This document shows, in pieces, positions 10,136 to 19,643 of a DNA stretch of 64,000 nt. Each line of letters begins with the position of its first letter. Position 1 is the first letter of the stretch. The translations under genes were made by a program, and so were the position numbers. This DNA comes from an uncultured Gemmatimonadaceae bacterium. GTDB taxonomy: Bacteria; Gemmatimonadota; Gemmatimonadetes; Gemmatimonadales; Gemmatimonadaceae. The stretch covers positions 1,056,001 through 1,120,000 of the forward strand of contig CAWFQK010000004.1 in the NCBI GenBank assembly GCA_963817955.1, given 5' to 3'. Under the pieces are notes generated by a model that worked only from the letters and a program-made list of their open reading frames with translations, did not search any database and was not told the origin of the DNA.

Positions 10136-10972
10136 ATGAGATCACCAAACCGCATGAAGAACGTACTCATCGGCGCGGCGGCTGTCATCGTGGCCGGAGC
10201 GCGGTTCGTGCCGGGCCATGATAGGCAGGGCCCGGTGTTGGCGGCGGCAACATCGTTCGTCAGCGCTCCCGCAGCGACGAGCTCGCCTGTACCCGTGGGA
10301 GACCCGGGTGTAGCGACCGAGACAAAGGCCGCGCTCGGCGCGCTCGCGTCTCTCGTGCGCCCGCTCAGCCATCCGCGCGCGCTCGAGGACGCCTTCCGCG
10401 GTTACTTCGCGTTCAAGACGGCACATCCGGACGAGGTGAAGAAGCCGTTGCTCTACTTCGTGGACTACGGCCTGCCGAGCACGGAGGCGCGCGGCTACGT
10501 GTTCGACATGGAGTCGCTGAAGGTGATCGACGGCCCCTTCACGGTTGCGCACGGTCGCGGCTCGTCCACATCGCAGTACGGCGTCCCGACGCGCTTCTCC
10601 AATTCCTCGCGAAGCAATGCCACGTCACTCGGTCTGTACGTGACCCGCGCGCTGTACGCGTTTCATGGACATTCCGGCGGTCAGGGGTACAGCTCGGTGG
10701 GCCTGCAGCTGATGGGCGTGTCGCATGGCTTCAACGACAACGCCTTGGCGCGCGGCGTTGTGGCGCACGGCGCGCCGTATGTCACCCCGAGCAAGGCCGG
10801 CCGCAGCGAAGGCTGCCCCGCCATGGAGCCGTCGCGCGCACAGCGGCTGCTGCCGAAGCTGGCGAACGGCGCGATGGTGTTTCTGTTCGCCCCCATTCGC
10901 TCCTGGATGGACCGGGATGAATGGGTAGCCGGTGCAGCCGATGTCTCGAGCTCGGCGGCGACGAAGGGCTGA
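10136..10972 (+). CDS. Murein L,D-transpeptidase catalytic-domain protein (YkuD_2-like)
   Basis: AGGAGG RBS at 10123-10128; VAHGRGS, FSN...TSLG, HGAPYV, GRSEGCPA catalytic His/Cys. Confidence 0.85.
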   Translation: MRSPNRMKNVLIGAAAVIVAGARFVPGHDRQGPVLAAATSFVSAPAATSSPVPVGDPGVATETKAALGALASLVRPLSHPRALEDAFRGYFAFKTAHPDEVKKPLLYFVDYGLPSTEARGYVFDMESLKVIDGPFTVAHGRGSSTSQYGVPTRFSNSSRSNATSLGLYVTRALYAFHGHSGGQGYSSVGLQLMGVSHGFNDNALARGVVAHGAPYVTPSKAGRSEGCPAMEPSRAQRLLPKLANGAMVFLFAPIRSWMDRDEWVAGAADVSSSAATKG

Positions 10973-11018
10973 ACGGCCGCGGACGTTTAGAAACTTCTGA
11001 AAGTGCGCTGGGCTCCGA

Positions 11019-11267
11019 TCATCCGGAGCCCTTTCTCGCTGCTGGCTCGAGCTGCTCCCACCACTCCCGGATCAATTGCTCCACCGCGGCCGGCGCGGGA
11101 TCCCCCGCAACGGGACCGACATGCTGTCTGCCGCGCGCGTCGAGCACCATCCAGCGCGGCTCCTCCTCGCGCCCTATCCAGGCGAGGGAGCACCGCAGAC
11201 GCATCCCGTCGGCGGTGGTGACAATCACGTGCTCGGGAATGGGATCGTTCTTTCGGCGATGCAGCAT
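11019..11267 (-). CDS. Small hypothetical protein
   Basis: 82-aa ORF downstream of the amidase with a plausible fold (RWMVLD...LIREWW). Confidence 0.55.
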   Translation of the reverse strand: MLHRRKNDPIPEHVIVTTADGMRLRCSLAWIGREEEPRWMVLDARGRQHVGPVAGDPAPAAVEQLIREWWEQLEPAARKGSG

Positions 11268-11334
11268 GACGGCCGGCCCTGGAACAAACGTGCCGGGCGG
11301 CCCTGAGACATCGAGGCCGGGCCGGCAATCCAGG

Positions 11335-13140
11335 TCAGGCGTATCCAGCCGGCCGCTCGCCCACGACGCCAAACGCGCGCTCGAGCGCCACGCCAGCGCG
11401 GCCGAGCATGCCGTCGTCGAACAGCCGTCCGATGAGCGTGACGCCATGCGGCACGCGCCGGGCCGGCGAGAAATTCGGAAGCGGATGCGCGGGATCCGGC
11501 GCCCAATCGCTGCGCGCCTGGCTGACATTGACGAAGCCGGCGCGGAGGGTGAGCGCGGGATGTCCGGTGAAGTTCGAAATGACGAGCATCTCGTCGCGTA
11601 GCGAAGGCACGATGAGCAGATCAACGCTGGAGAATACTCGTGTCATCTCCGCGGCCACTTTTCGCCGGAAACGATCGGCCTGCACGAAATCCACCGCGGA
11701 TAGGAATCGCGATTCCCGGAACAAGTTCGGCCATGCATCGGGCACTTGTGCCTTGAGCTGGCGATCCGTGTGACTCAGCGTCATGTCCTCGAATGCCGCC
11801 GCCGCCTCGGCGAAGAGTATGAGCTGGAGCGAGTCGTAGGGCCAGTCAGGCAACGTGACCTCGGCGGGCACCATGCCCAGCTTCTTCACGGTGTCCAGCG
11901 CGGCACGATCGACGTCGGTCGCCGGGTTCTCCTTCATCCACGCAGGGAAGTAGCCGACGCGCAGACCTTTCACGCCGGCGCCGGCGTCGAAGTCGAGATG
12001 ACTCGGCACACTCGCCGCGTCGCCAGCATCGGGACCCGAGATTGCCTGCAGCACGAGCATGGCGTCTTCTACACTACGCGTCATGGGACCGAGCTTGTCG
12101 AGCGACCAGCAGAGTGTCATGGCACCGGTGCGCGGCACGCGGCCATACGTTGGTCGCAGACCCGTGACGCCGCATCGCATGGCGGGACTGATGATGCTGC
12201 CGCCAGTCTCGCTGCCAATTGAGAAGCCGACGAGCCCCGCCGCGGTTGCCGCGCCCGGTCCGGCGCTGGACCCGGACGCACCCTCCTCGGGGAGCCATGG
12301 GTTCACGGTCTGGCCGCCGAACCAGATGTCGTTGAGGGCCAGCGCGCCCATGCTCAGTTTTGCGACGAGCACCGCACCGGCGCCTCGGAGCCGCGCAACG
12401 ACGGCGGCGTCAACAGTCGGCACGCGATTCCGGAATGGCTCGGCGCCGTAGGTTGTCGGAATGCCTGCCGTGTCGAGAAGATCTTTACCGCCCCAGGGAA
12501 TGCCGTGCAGCGGACCACGATATTTTCCGGCGGCGATCTCCGCGTCAGCCTGCTTCGCCTGCGCGAGCGCCGCGTCGCGAGTGAGCGTGATGACGCAGCG
12601 CAGCTTGGGGTCGAAACGCTGCAGCCGCTCCAGATAGATATTGGTGAGCCGGGTAGACGTGAGCTTTCGCGTCTCGAGCCAGCGCGAGAGTCGGGTGACC
12701 GGCGCAAAGGCGATCTCGGCGTCGCTCGCCGGCAGGGGGCCCGGATCGGCTGGCGTTCGTATGAACCGGTCCCGAGTCGGGCCGGCGCTATTGCCAGCGA
12801 TCACAGGATTCCAGCTCGTCGCGGGCGCGATACCAGGCTCGAGCACCACCTTTCGCGGTCCGGTGCGCCGCTCGAGCATCGAAGCCATCGACGTGCGCCA
12901 ACTCGAGGCAGCCATCGCACGCTCCGCGTCGCTCATCTGCACCTGCGTCAGCTTCTCCACTTCGGCAAAGGTGGTTGGCGTCACCTCGGGACCAACGGCC
13001 GGCGCAGCACCGAATGTTGGCGGAGCGCCTGGAGTAGACGTCGATGACGCAGCAGGCTTCTGCTCCTCGCCCCGGCACGCGGCGACGGCGCCAAGCAGGC
13101 CAAGTGGAGCAGTGATCAGAAAGTGTCGGCGGGAGTTCAC
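11335..13140 (-). CDS. Amidase-signature family amidase, predicted Tat-exported lipoprotein
   Basis: SRRHFL twin-Arg plus VAAC lipobox; GKDL, GSSAG, GSETGGSI Ser-cisSer-Lys triad. Confidence 0.9.
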   Translation of the reverse strand: MNSRRHFLITAPLGLLGAVAACRGEEQKPAASSTSTPGAPPTFGAAPAVGPEVTPTTFAEVEKLTQVQMSDAERAMAASSWRTSMASMLERRTGPRKVVLEPGIAPATSWNPVIAGNSAGPTRDRFIRTPADPGPLPASDAEIAFAPVTRLSRWLETRKLTSTRLTNIYLERLQRFDPKLRCVITLTRDAALAQAKQADAEIAAGKYRGPLHGIPWGGKDLLDTAGIPTTYGAEPFRNRVPTVDAAVVARLRGAGAVLVAKLSMGALALNDIWFGGQTVNPWLPEEGASGSSAGPGAATAAGLVGFSIGSETGGSIISPAMRCGVTGLRPTYGRVPRTGAMTLCWSLDKLGPMTRSVEDAMLVLQAISGPDAGDAASVPSHLDFDAGAGVKGLRVGYFPAWMKENPATDVDRAALDTVKKLGMVPAEVTLPDWPYDSLQLILFAEAAAAFEDMTLSHTDRQLKAQVPDAWPNLFRESRFLSAVDFVQADRFRRKVAAEMTRVFSSVDLLIVPSLRDEMLVISNFTGHPALTLRAGFVNVSQARSDWAPDPAHPLPNFSPARRVPHGVTLIGRLFDDGMLGRAGVALERAFGVVGERPAGYA

Positions 13141-13270
13141 GGGTGCAGGGCTGAAGAAGCGAACATCGTAGCACCGAGGGGCGTCCGGGGGAAGGAACAC
13201 GCTGCGGCATGGCTGCTGACGATCACGAGGCCCGGCGGGAAGTTCCGAAAGCCGCCCCGCGAAACCGCGA

Positions 13271-13636
13271 TCAACGATTATGGATCGCGATGGCCTCTGT
13301 AATCATGGCAACGACGTGCGCTGGGTGCTCGACCTCTATCACCAACCGCTTGTAGTGCTCGTGATCCAGCTCCAGCACGATCGTTCCCTCCGGATCGTGC
13401 ACGTCGTAGAACACCGCACCATCATGCTGATAGAAAGTGCCGGCGGTGAGCACGCCGGGAATCTGCGTTCCCGGCAGCCGCAGCCCATGCCACCAGCCGC
13501 GCGCCGGCTCGGGGTCTACCCGCGCCTCACGGATATGCGCGAGCGGAATCTCGAGCTGGCTCTTGAGTGCCCAGAGCTTGTCCCAACCCTCGACTTCGAA
13601 GCGAACACGATCATTTTCGATCGAGACAGTGACCAT
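13271..13636 (-). CDS. Conserved hypothetical protein (PH-like); frame extends to 13828
   Basis: GAGGGG RBS before ATG 13636; EGWDKLWALKSQLEIPL and GTQIPGVLTAGTF motifs. Confidence 0.75.
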   Translation of the reverse strand: MVTVSIENDRVRFEVEGWDKLWALKSQLEIPLAHIREARVDPEPARGWWHGLRLPGTQIPGVLTAGTFYQHDGAVFYDVHDPEGTIVLELDHEHYKRLVIEVEHPAHVVAMITEAIAIHNR

Positions 13637-13882
13637 CCGGAGCCCTCGGGGCCAATGCTGCGTTCTCGTCAGCTCGGCTGCAGACCGAAGGCGCTGAACG
13701 ATGTTGTCGATTTCTCGCAAGACCCACATCGGGTCCCCAATGCCATTGACGGCGAGCGAAACCAACTCACGCGCCGCGCGCGTGACCGGTCCATCATCGT
13801 CGTCTGGAAAGCGTCCCGCCACCGGCACCTACAGGGATAACATCGTGCATCAGCGGAGCAAGCGGAATGCCGGTACGATGAT

Positions 13883-14464
13883 TTACCGGGGCCACCGGCG
13901 CGGAGGCGCGCTCCGTTTCCCCATGTGAAACGTGAGCCCAAAGCGCAGCTCCTTCACTTGCTCCGGCCGCGGCTTGGCCGTGGGCAACACGAATCGCTGC
14001 ATGCGCCAGCGGGAATCGGCGAACAGATCCACGATCGAGCCGAGCGGTAGCACGGTGCCGATGCCGTAGCTCCAATTGTTGGTCACGATGCGCTTGTCAG
14101 CGCTGTCTGCGCCCGCCATGCCGCGTCCGACGAAGACGAACGACGCAACGCTACGATTCGACGCGCCGAAAGCTCGCCCGCTCAGTGCGAGCACGGCATC
14201 GGCGTCAGCACCCCAGGGCGGAAGCACGGAGCCGGCGCCAAAAGCGCCCGTGTATGTGTTTCGCAGCGCCGTCCGGCCGCTGATTCGTACGGCAAAGCCT
14301 GGACTATCCGAGAACCCGAGCGCAAGTCCGGCGAGCGGGGTCATGCCGGTGGGCGCGAGAAACGACACGAACGGGCTGAGCGAAACGTCAGCCCCTTGCG
14401 CGGCCACCGCACAGACTGGCGTGGTGATCGTGAGGAGGAAGGCGATGGCTCGGACGGGACGCAT
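13883..14464 (-). CDS. Secreted hypothetical protein, probable small outer-membrane beta-barrel
   Basis: Signal peptide ending AAQ; alternating strands; LRFGLTF near the C-terminus. Confidence 0.6.
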   Translation of the reverse strand: MRPVRAIAFLLTITTPVCAVAAQGADVSLSPFVSFLAPTGMTPLAGLALGFSDSPGFAVRISGRTALRNTYTGAFGAGSVLPPWGADADAVLALSGRAFGASNRSVASFVFVGRGMAGADSADKRIVTNNWSYGIGTVLPLGSIVDLFADSRWRMQRFVLPTAKPRPEQVKELRFGLTFHMGKRSAPPRRWPR

Positions 14465-14597
14465 GCAGGCTCTCGAAAAGGTGTGTCCGAGAGGAGCTCC
14501 CGGGGGTTGTGAAGCGGCCATGTGCGTGACTGCCGGGGCGGCGGTCGCGTAACGACGTCAGCACTGGTCATCCAGATTGCCGAGCGGGTTTGAGATA

Positions 14598-14643
14598 CGT
14601 GTCTCGTGTCTCAATCCCGTGTCCCGTGTCCCACCTCGTGTCC
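14598..14643 (-). repeat. Heptamer tract (GRGACAC)n over the ccdC-like stop
   Basis: cgtgtct/cgtgtcc units on + strand; encodes the GHGTRD tail. Confidence 0.75.
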
Positions 14644-15099
14644 AACCACCCTCCGGTACTCGAACAGCATCCCCACGCGCCACCGCAGAATCATCCCGAA
14701 CGCGAGCACGAAGAAGATCGCCCCCGTCTGCAGCGGCGAGATGAATTGGTCGATGTAGCTGCGCGCCGCAAATCTGACGGCGACGAGTACGAGCAGAATC
14801 GCCATGAAGGCCGGCGAGCGGTGCATCACCACGCGCTCGCCGTCGTGCTCGAGACGCGACGTTTTGGCGAGGGGAATGGCCAACACCCCGGCTCCGACCA
14901 GGAAAGCCGCCGTGGCCCACATCCACGGCACGCGCATGAGCGGTGACACGAACATCGCGAATCCAGTGCTCATGCCAAGCGGCGGCAGCACGATGCCGCG
15001 GACCGTCACTGGACGCCGCGTCTCGTGCACCCGCCACACTATGATTCCGCCGGCGCCTACGAGAGAGGCCGCCGAGCCGAAAATGGTTTGCAGCTGCAT
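14611..15099 (-). CDS. ccdC: CcdC/DUF1453 family membrane protein
   Basis: RPVT..IVLPPLGMSTGF, FFVLAFGMI.W motifs; several TM helices. Confidence 0.8.
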   Translation of the reverse strand: MQLQTIFGSAASLVGAGGIIVWRVHETRRPVTVRGIVLPPLGMSTGFAMFVSPLMRVPWMWATAAFLVGAGVLAIPLAKTSRLEHDGERVVMHRSPAFMAILLVLVAVRFAARSYIDQFISPLQTGAIFFVLAFGMILRWRVGMLFEYRRVVGHEVGHGTRD

Positions 15100-15170
15100 G
15101 ACCGAAAAATACAAGACAGCGCGTCCCAACGTTACGGCGTCGGCGTCCGACCATGCCGCTATACTATGGC

Positions 15171-17474
15171 ATGGAGCACCAAGACGAATGGCTCTGGGGC
15201 TGGGACCCCACGCCCGGCATCGTGTCGGTGTGGGCCGAGGAAGACGGCCGCGCATTCGTCTGGCGCCGCAATCCTGACACCGACGAGCTCGTGCAGGAAG
15301 TGGATCGCTTTCGCCCGTGGCTGTTGCTTCGCCATGTGGACGACGTGCGCCACGCCGGCGCGTCCGTGGTCTGCCGCGAGCTCGACGGACCTGGCGAGCT
15401 GCGCTGGATCGCCTCGGCTGACCACTGCAGAACGTTGACCTCGGCGCTGTTCACCGGCGCATCGCGCCGGCTGGGGCGACGCATTGGCCACGTCCGCGAC
15501 TTGGGCGACGAGGAGATTCTGGCGTTGCCGCCTGACGAGCAGTACCTCGTCGCCAGCGGGCGCACGTACTTTCGGGATCTCTCATTCGACCATCTCCATC
15601 GCCTGCAGTTCGATCTGGAGACGTTGGGTCTCGACGCCACCCGCGACCGCATCTTCATGATCGCGGTGCGACATCCGTCGGGCCGTTCCGAGTTGCTCGA
15701 GGCCGAGGGCGAGGGCGACGCTGGCGAGGCCGATCTCATGCGCCGACTCGCCGCCACCATTCAGCGTGCCGACCCCGACGTCATCGAGAACCACAATCTG
15801 CATGGCTTCGACCTGCCTTTTCTCGACGCACGCGCCCGCAAGCTCCGCGTGCCCCTCTCGCTCGGCCGCATCGGCGGGCCGGGATTGCGCCAGCGCGGCG
15901 CAAGGCGAGGTGCGCCGAGCGGGCGCGAGGACGGACGGAATGTGCGGTTCGTCGCACCCGGACGCGAGCTGATCGACACCATGGACGCCGTGCGCCGCTT
16001 CGACCAGGCGTCCCGCGACTTACCGGGCTACGGACTCAAGGCACTGGCTCGCCACTTCGGGATCGCCGGCCCGGATCGCGAGCTGATCCCTGGCGCCGAG
16101 ATTTACGCTACGTACCGGACAGATCCTGAACGCGTCCGCCGGTACGCGACTGCTGACGTCGACGAGGTGGCGGCGCTGTCGCGGATGCTCGGCGGTGCGG
16201 CGTTCGCGCTGGCACGCATGGCGCCGCGCCGGTACGAACGCCTGGCCGATGCGGGCGCTGCAACGGGCGTGATCGATCCAATGCTCGTCCGGGCGTATCT
16301 GCACGCCAGAATGGCGTTGCCCGCGCACCAGCAGGGCGACGGCACGGTGCACAGTGGCGCGGCGCTCCATCTGTTCGCGACGGGCGTGGCACATCGCGTC
16401 GTGAAAGCCGACGTCGCAAGCCTCTATCCGTCGCTGATGCGCGCCTTCCGCATTGGTCCGCGGCGCGACCACCTCGGCGCACTGCTCGCGCTCGTCGATC
16501 GGTTGGTGGAGACGCGGCTCGCGGCCAAGGGGAGCGCACGCACCGCGCCTCCCGGATCAGCCGAACGCTACACCCATGAGGCGATGTCGTCGGCAATGAA
16601 GATCGTCGTCAACTCGGCATACGGGTACCTGGCGGCCGACGGCAGTCTGACGCGTTTTGCCGACGTGCACGCGGCAAACGAAGTGACGCGGCGCGGACGC
16701 GAGACACTCGACCTGATGTGCCGCGAGCTCGCCTTGCGGAGCGTGACCCTGATCGAGGCCGACACCGACGGCGTGTACTTCGCCGTGCCGCCGGACTGGA
16801 CCGAAGACGACGAACGGCGGGTCGTGTCGGAAGTCGCCGCGCTGCTCCCACCGCTGGTCCAACTGGAGTTCGACGGACGGTACGCCGCCATGCTGTCGCA
16901 CGAGCCCAAGAACTACGCATTGATCGAGTACGACGGCACGCTCATTCTGCGCGGCGTTGCATTCCGATCGAGCCGAAACGAACCATTCGCCGACGCCTTC
17001 CTGCGGCGCGCGATTGCGCATCTGCTCACCGGCGACATTGCCGGTGTGCGCCACGCCTACCTCGCCACCATCGGTGCACTCCGCCAGAGAGCGTTCACGA
17101 CACACGATGTCTCGTCGCGCGTACGACTCACGAAATCGCCGCAAGCATATCTCGCAACGCGCGAATCACGACGCGAGCCGCCATATGAGGCCATGCTGGC
17201 CAGCGGGCAGACATCGTGGAACGCTGGCGATCGTGTACGGGTGTACCGCGCGCGCGGCGGCGTGGGGGCTGTCGTTGCCGAAGGTGAAGATCCGCGCGAC
17301 TATGACGTGGACTGGTACGTGCGCCTCCTACGCGAGACGTACGCGGCGCGAATGGCGCGCGCGTTCACGGCACACGATTACGCATTAGTGTTCCCACATC
17401 CCGATCAATTGTCACTGTTTGCGCCGGAGATCGACACGGTGCGGACGGTGCTTCGCACCGGGTCGAAGGCGTGA
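15171..17474 (+). CDS. Family-B DNA polymerase with 3'-5' exonuclease
   Basis: ExoI FDLET, ExoII NHNLHGFD, ExoIII YATAD; Pol A DVASLYPS, B KIVVNSAYG, C ADTDG, KNYA. Confidence 0.92.
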   Translation: MEHQDEWLWGWDPTPGIVSVWAEEDGRAFVWRRNPDTDELVQEVDRFRPWLLLRHVDDVRHAGASVVCRELDGPGELRWIASADHCRTLTSALFTGASRRLGRRIGHVRDLGDEEILALPPDEQYLVASGRTYFRDLSFDHLHRLQFDLETLGLDATRDRIFMIAVRHPSGRSELLEAEGEGDAGEADLMRRLAATIQRADPDVIENHNLHGFDLPFLDARARKLRVPLSLGRIGGPGLRQRGARRGAPSGREDGRNVRFVAPGRELIDTMDAVRRFDQASRDLPGYGLKALARHFGIAGPDRELIPGAEIYATYRTDPERVRRYATADVDEVAALSRMLGGAAFALARMAPRRYERLADAGAATGVIDPMLVRAYLHARMALPAHQQGDGTVHSGAALHLFATGVAHRVVKADVASLYPSLMRAFRIGPRRDHLGALLALVDRLVETRLAAKGSARTAPPGSAERYTHEAMSSAMKIVVNSAYGYLAADGSLTRFADVHAANEVTRRGRETLDLMCRELALRSVTLIEADTDGVYFAVPPDWTEDDERRVVSEVAALLPPLVQLEFDGRYAAMLSHEPKNYALIEYDGTLILRGVAFRSSRNEPFADAFLRRAIAHLLTGDIAGVRHAYLATIGALRQRAFTTHDVSSRVRLTKSPQAYLATRESRREPPYEAMLASGQTSWNAGDRVRVYRARGGVGAVVAEGEDPRDYDVDWYVRLLRETYAARMARAFTAHDYALVFPHPDQLSLFAPEIDTVRTVLRTGSKA

Positions 17475-17494
17475 ACGGTCCTCTCCCATGCGAA

Positions 17495-17530
17495 GTGGGG
17501 CCGGACTTCCACTCGGAAATCCGGCCCCAC
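17495..17530. terminator. Hairpin between convergent polB-like and degP-like genes
   Basis: GTGGGGCCGGA...TCCGGCCCCAC inverted repeat. Confidence 0.65.
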
Positions 17531-17552
17531 GTTCTATTCGAAACGATTGAAG

Positions 17553-19160
17553 TTACTGGTCGGAGCCAATTCGCATGCGTTCGATCCGATGGGCCTTGGA
17601 CGGCACATTGTAGACGCGGAGTGACACCACGTCGCCCTGCTTCACGTGGCTGAGCGCCGCCCGCATCTCCTCAACGGTCCGCACCGGCGTTCCTTCGACG
17701 GACAGGATCACGTCCGGTCCCCCGTTGTCCGGCGTCGCCAGATGACTGGCCGCAGCACTGCCATCCGGCACGCCCGTCACGACCAGACCCTGCACGTCTG
17801 CCGGCAGCCCATACTGGCGCGCGGTTGCCGCATCCAGCGCAGCCACGCTCGCCCCCAGCGCACGCATCGATGATCCGCTCACGCCATCGCCTGTGTTGCC
17901 GGTGGCGGCGTGATTATCGTCCGCCGTCGGCGCAGCGTCCACTCGTTGAAGGGGCACGCGCACGGTGGCGAGCTTTCCGCCCTTGCGCGCAACCTGCACC
18001 GCGACGACGTCACCAGGCTTGCGGAACGCGATGGCTTCCTGTAGCTGCGCGACGTAGTCGACGCGCTTGCCGTCAACGGCGATGATGACGTCACCCGCCT
18101 CGATCCCGGCCTTCTGGGCTGGCGACGCCGTGTTGCCAAAATCCTCAACAAGCACGCCGCGGGTACCGTCTAGTCCGGCATAGGCCGCATCGTCGGGGCT
18201 GGCATCGCGCACCTGAATGCCGAGCGCGGCGCGCTCGACGTGGCCCGAACGGATGATCTGGTTCATCACCGAATGCGCAAGATTGATCGGCACGGCAAAG
18301 CCGTATCCCGCGTTGTAGCCCGTGGGGCTCTCGATAGCGCTGTTGATTCCGATGACCTCGCCACGCACGTTGACGAGCGGACCACCCGAGTTGCCCGGGT
18401 TGATCGCGGCGTCCGTCTGAATGAAGTCCTGGATCGTCTTTTCAGACTGTCCGGGCAACGCGAGCGCGCGGCCCTTCGCGCTGATGATGCCTTGCGTCAC
18501 CGTGAAGGTGAGATTCTCACCGAGCGGATTGCCCACCGCCAGCACCCACTCGCCCACTCGCGCAGCCTCGCTGTCGCCAAGCGGCGCAGGCGTGAGACCG
18601 TTCGCGTCGATCTTGATCACGGCGACGTCCGTGTTCGGATCGCGGCCGACGACACGGGCCTTGAACTCGCGACGATCGAGCAGCCGGACGCGCACTTCAC
18701 TCGCGCCGTCCACGACGTGGTTGTTCGTGAGGATATAGCCATCGGCCGAAACGATGAATCCCGAACCCGACGCCATGCCGCCGCCGCGTGGTGCGTCAGG
18801 CATATCGGGCGCGCCAGGCATATCGCGGAAGAACTGGCGGAGCTCGGGAGGAATCTGGTTGAGGTTCTGCCGTCCGGACCGTTGAGCGACCGGGCGGGAG
18901 GCCTGCTTCGCCGTGATGTAGACGACGCTTGGCTTGATGCGAGCCGCGATGCCGGCAAAGGCATCGCTGAGCTCTTCGAGCTTCGAAGCGGGCGGATTTC
19001 CGGCGCGAGGAGCGAGGTGTACGACGGCGGTGTCGGCGGCGGCCCGAGCAGCGTGCAGCATACTCGGCGTCTCGACCAGCGCGGCGGCGGCGAGTGCAGC
19101 TGCCGCGACTCCTGCAATGACGGAGACCTTACCCCGTCCACTGCGTAAGAAGCGGTTCAT
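17553..19160 (-). CDS. Do/DegP/HtrA family serine endoprotease with two PDZ domains
   Basis: GSGFIV, TNNHV, TDVAVIK, QTDAAINPGNSGGPL; signal peptide; RBS AGGAG. Confidence 0.95.
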   Translation of the reverse strand: MNRFLRSGRGKVSVIAGVAAAALAAAALVETPSMLHAARAAADTAVVHLAPRAGNPPASKLEELSDAFAGIAARIKPSVVYITAKQASRPVAQRSGRQNLNQIPPELRQFFRDMPGAPDMPDAPRGGGMASGSGFIVSADGYILTNNHVVDGASEVRVRLLDRREFKARVVGRDPNTDVAVIKIDANGLTPAPLGDSEAARVGEWVLAVGNPLGENLTFTVTQGIISAKGRALALPGQSEKTIQDFIQTDAAINPGNSGGPLVNVRGEVIGINSAIESPTGYNAGYGFAVPINLAHSVMNQIIRSGHVERAALGIQVRDASPDDAAYAGLDGTRGVLVEDFGNTASPAQKAGIEAGDVIIAVDGKRVDYVAQLQEAIAFRKPGDVVAVQVARKGGKLATVRVPLQRVDAAPTADDNHAATGNTGDGVSGSSMRALGASVAALDAATARQYGLPADVQGLVVTGVPDGSAAASHLATPDNGGPDVILSVEGTPVRTVEEMRAALSHVKQGDVVSLRVYNVPSKAHRIERMRIGSDQ

Positions 19161-19427
19161 GGCGTACTCCTAAAACGTTTTGGTTGTTTGGGCCGCTCAT
19201 CCCGCTCGCTGTCGAGCGCGGTGCTGGAATGAGAGCGCCGAATCTTTCCCGGACTCGATGAGACATCGAGCATACTGCGGGACACTCATGGCATACCCAC
19301 GTCGCGGCGCGAAGTGCCAATGCAGGCGCGCGGGGACGGCTGCTCGTAGAGCTCGCTGAGCGCGGCGTGTTCCTACCAGGGCGTCGACCCCGTCTATCGG
19401 CCCACCGGCGCAGCGATCGTGAGGCGC

Positions 19428-19599
19428 GGATTGGACTCCGCGTCGTTGACCGGCTGGATGTCGCTGGCTGCTCCGTAGCGGTCGGCCCACCGGTCGGCGA
19501 GTTTCGAGTTGCCAGTTGTGAGTTATGCGTGGTGCGTTCTTACAACTCACAACTCACGACTCACAACTCACAACTGGCCACCCGAACCTCGCCGACCGG
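19428..19599 (+). repeat. Dispersed intergenic element, copy 1, followed by an inverted partial copy
   Basis: Core 19450-19509 identical to 56740-56799 and 63876-63935; arms 19490-19524 and 19565-19599 form a 35-bp inverted repeat with 3 mismatches. Confidence 0.92.
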
Positions 19600-19643
19600 C
19601 GCAAGAAATCGCACCCGCTCGACAGCCTCGGCCGTGTCGCCGT

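Noticed and set aside
15171..17474. PolB as marker of a prophage, casposon or pipolin
   Set aside because: Flanked by ccdC-like and degP-like genes; no integrase, Cas1, capsid or terminal repeats.
19288..19320. CIRCE or sigma-54 site upstream of the degP-like gene (TGGCAT...AGTGCCAA)
   Set aside because: Spacer too long for CIRCE, and the -12 GC is misplaced for sigma-54.
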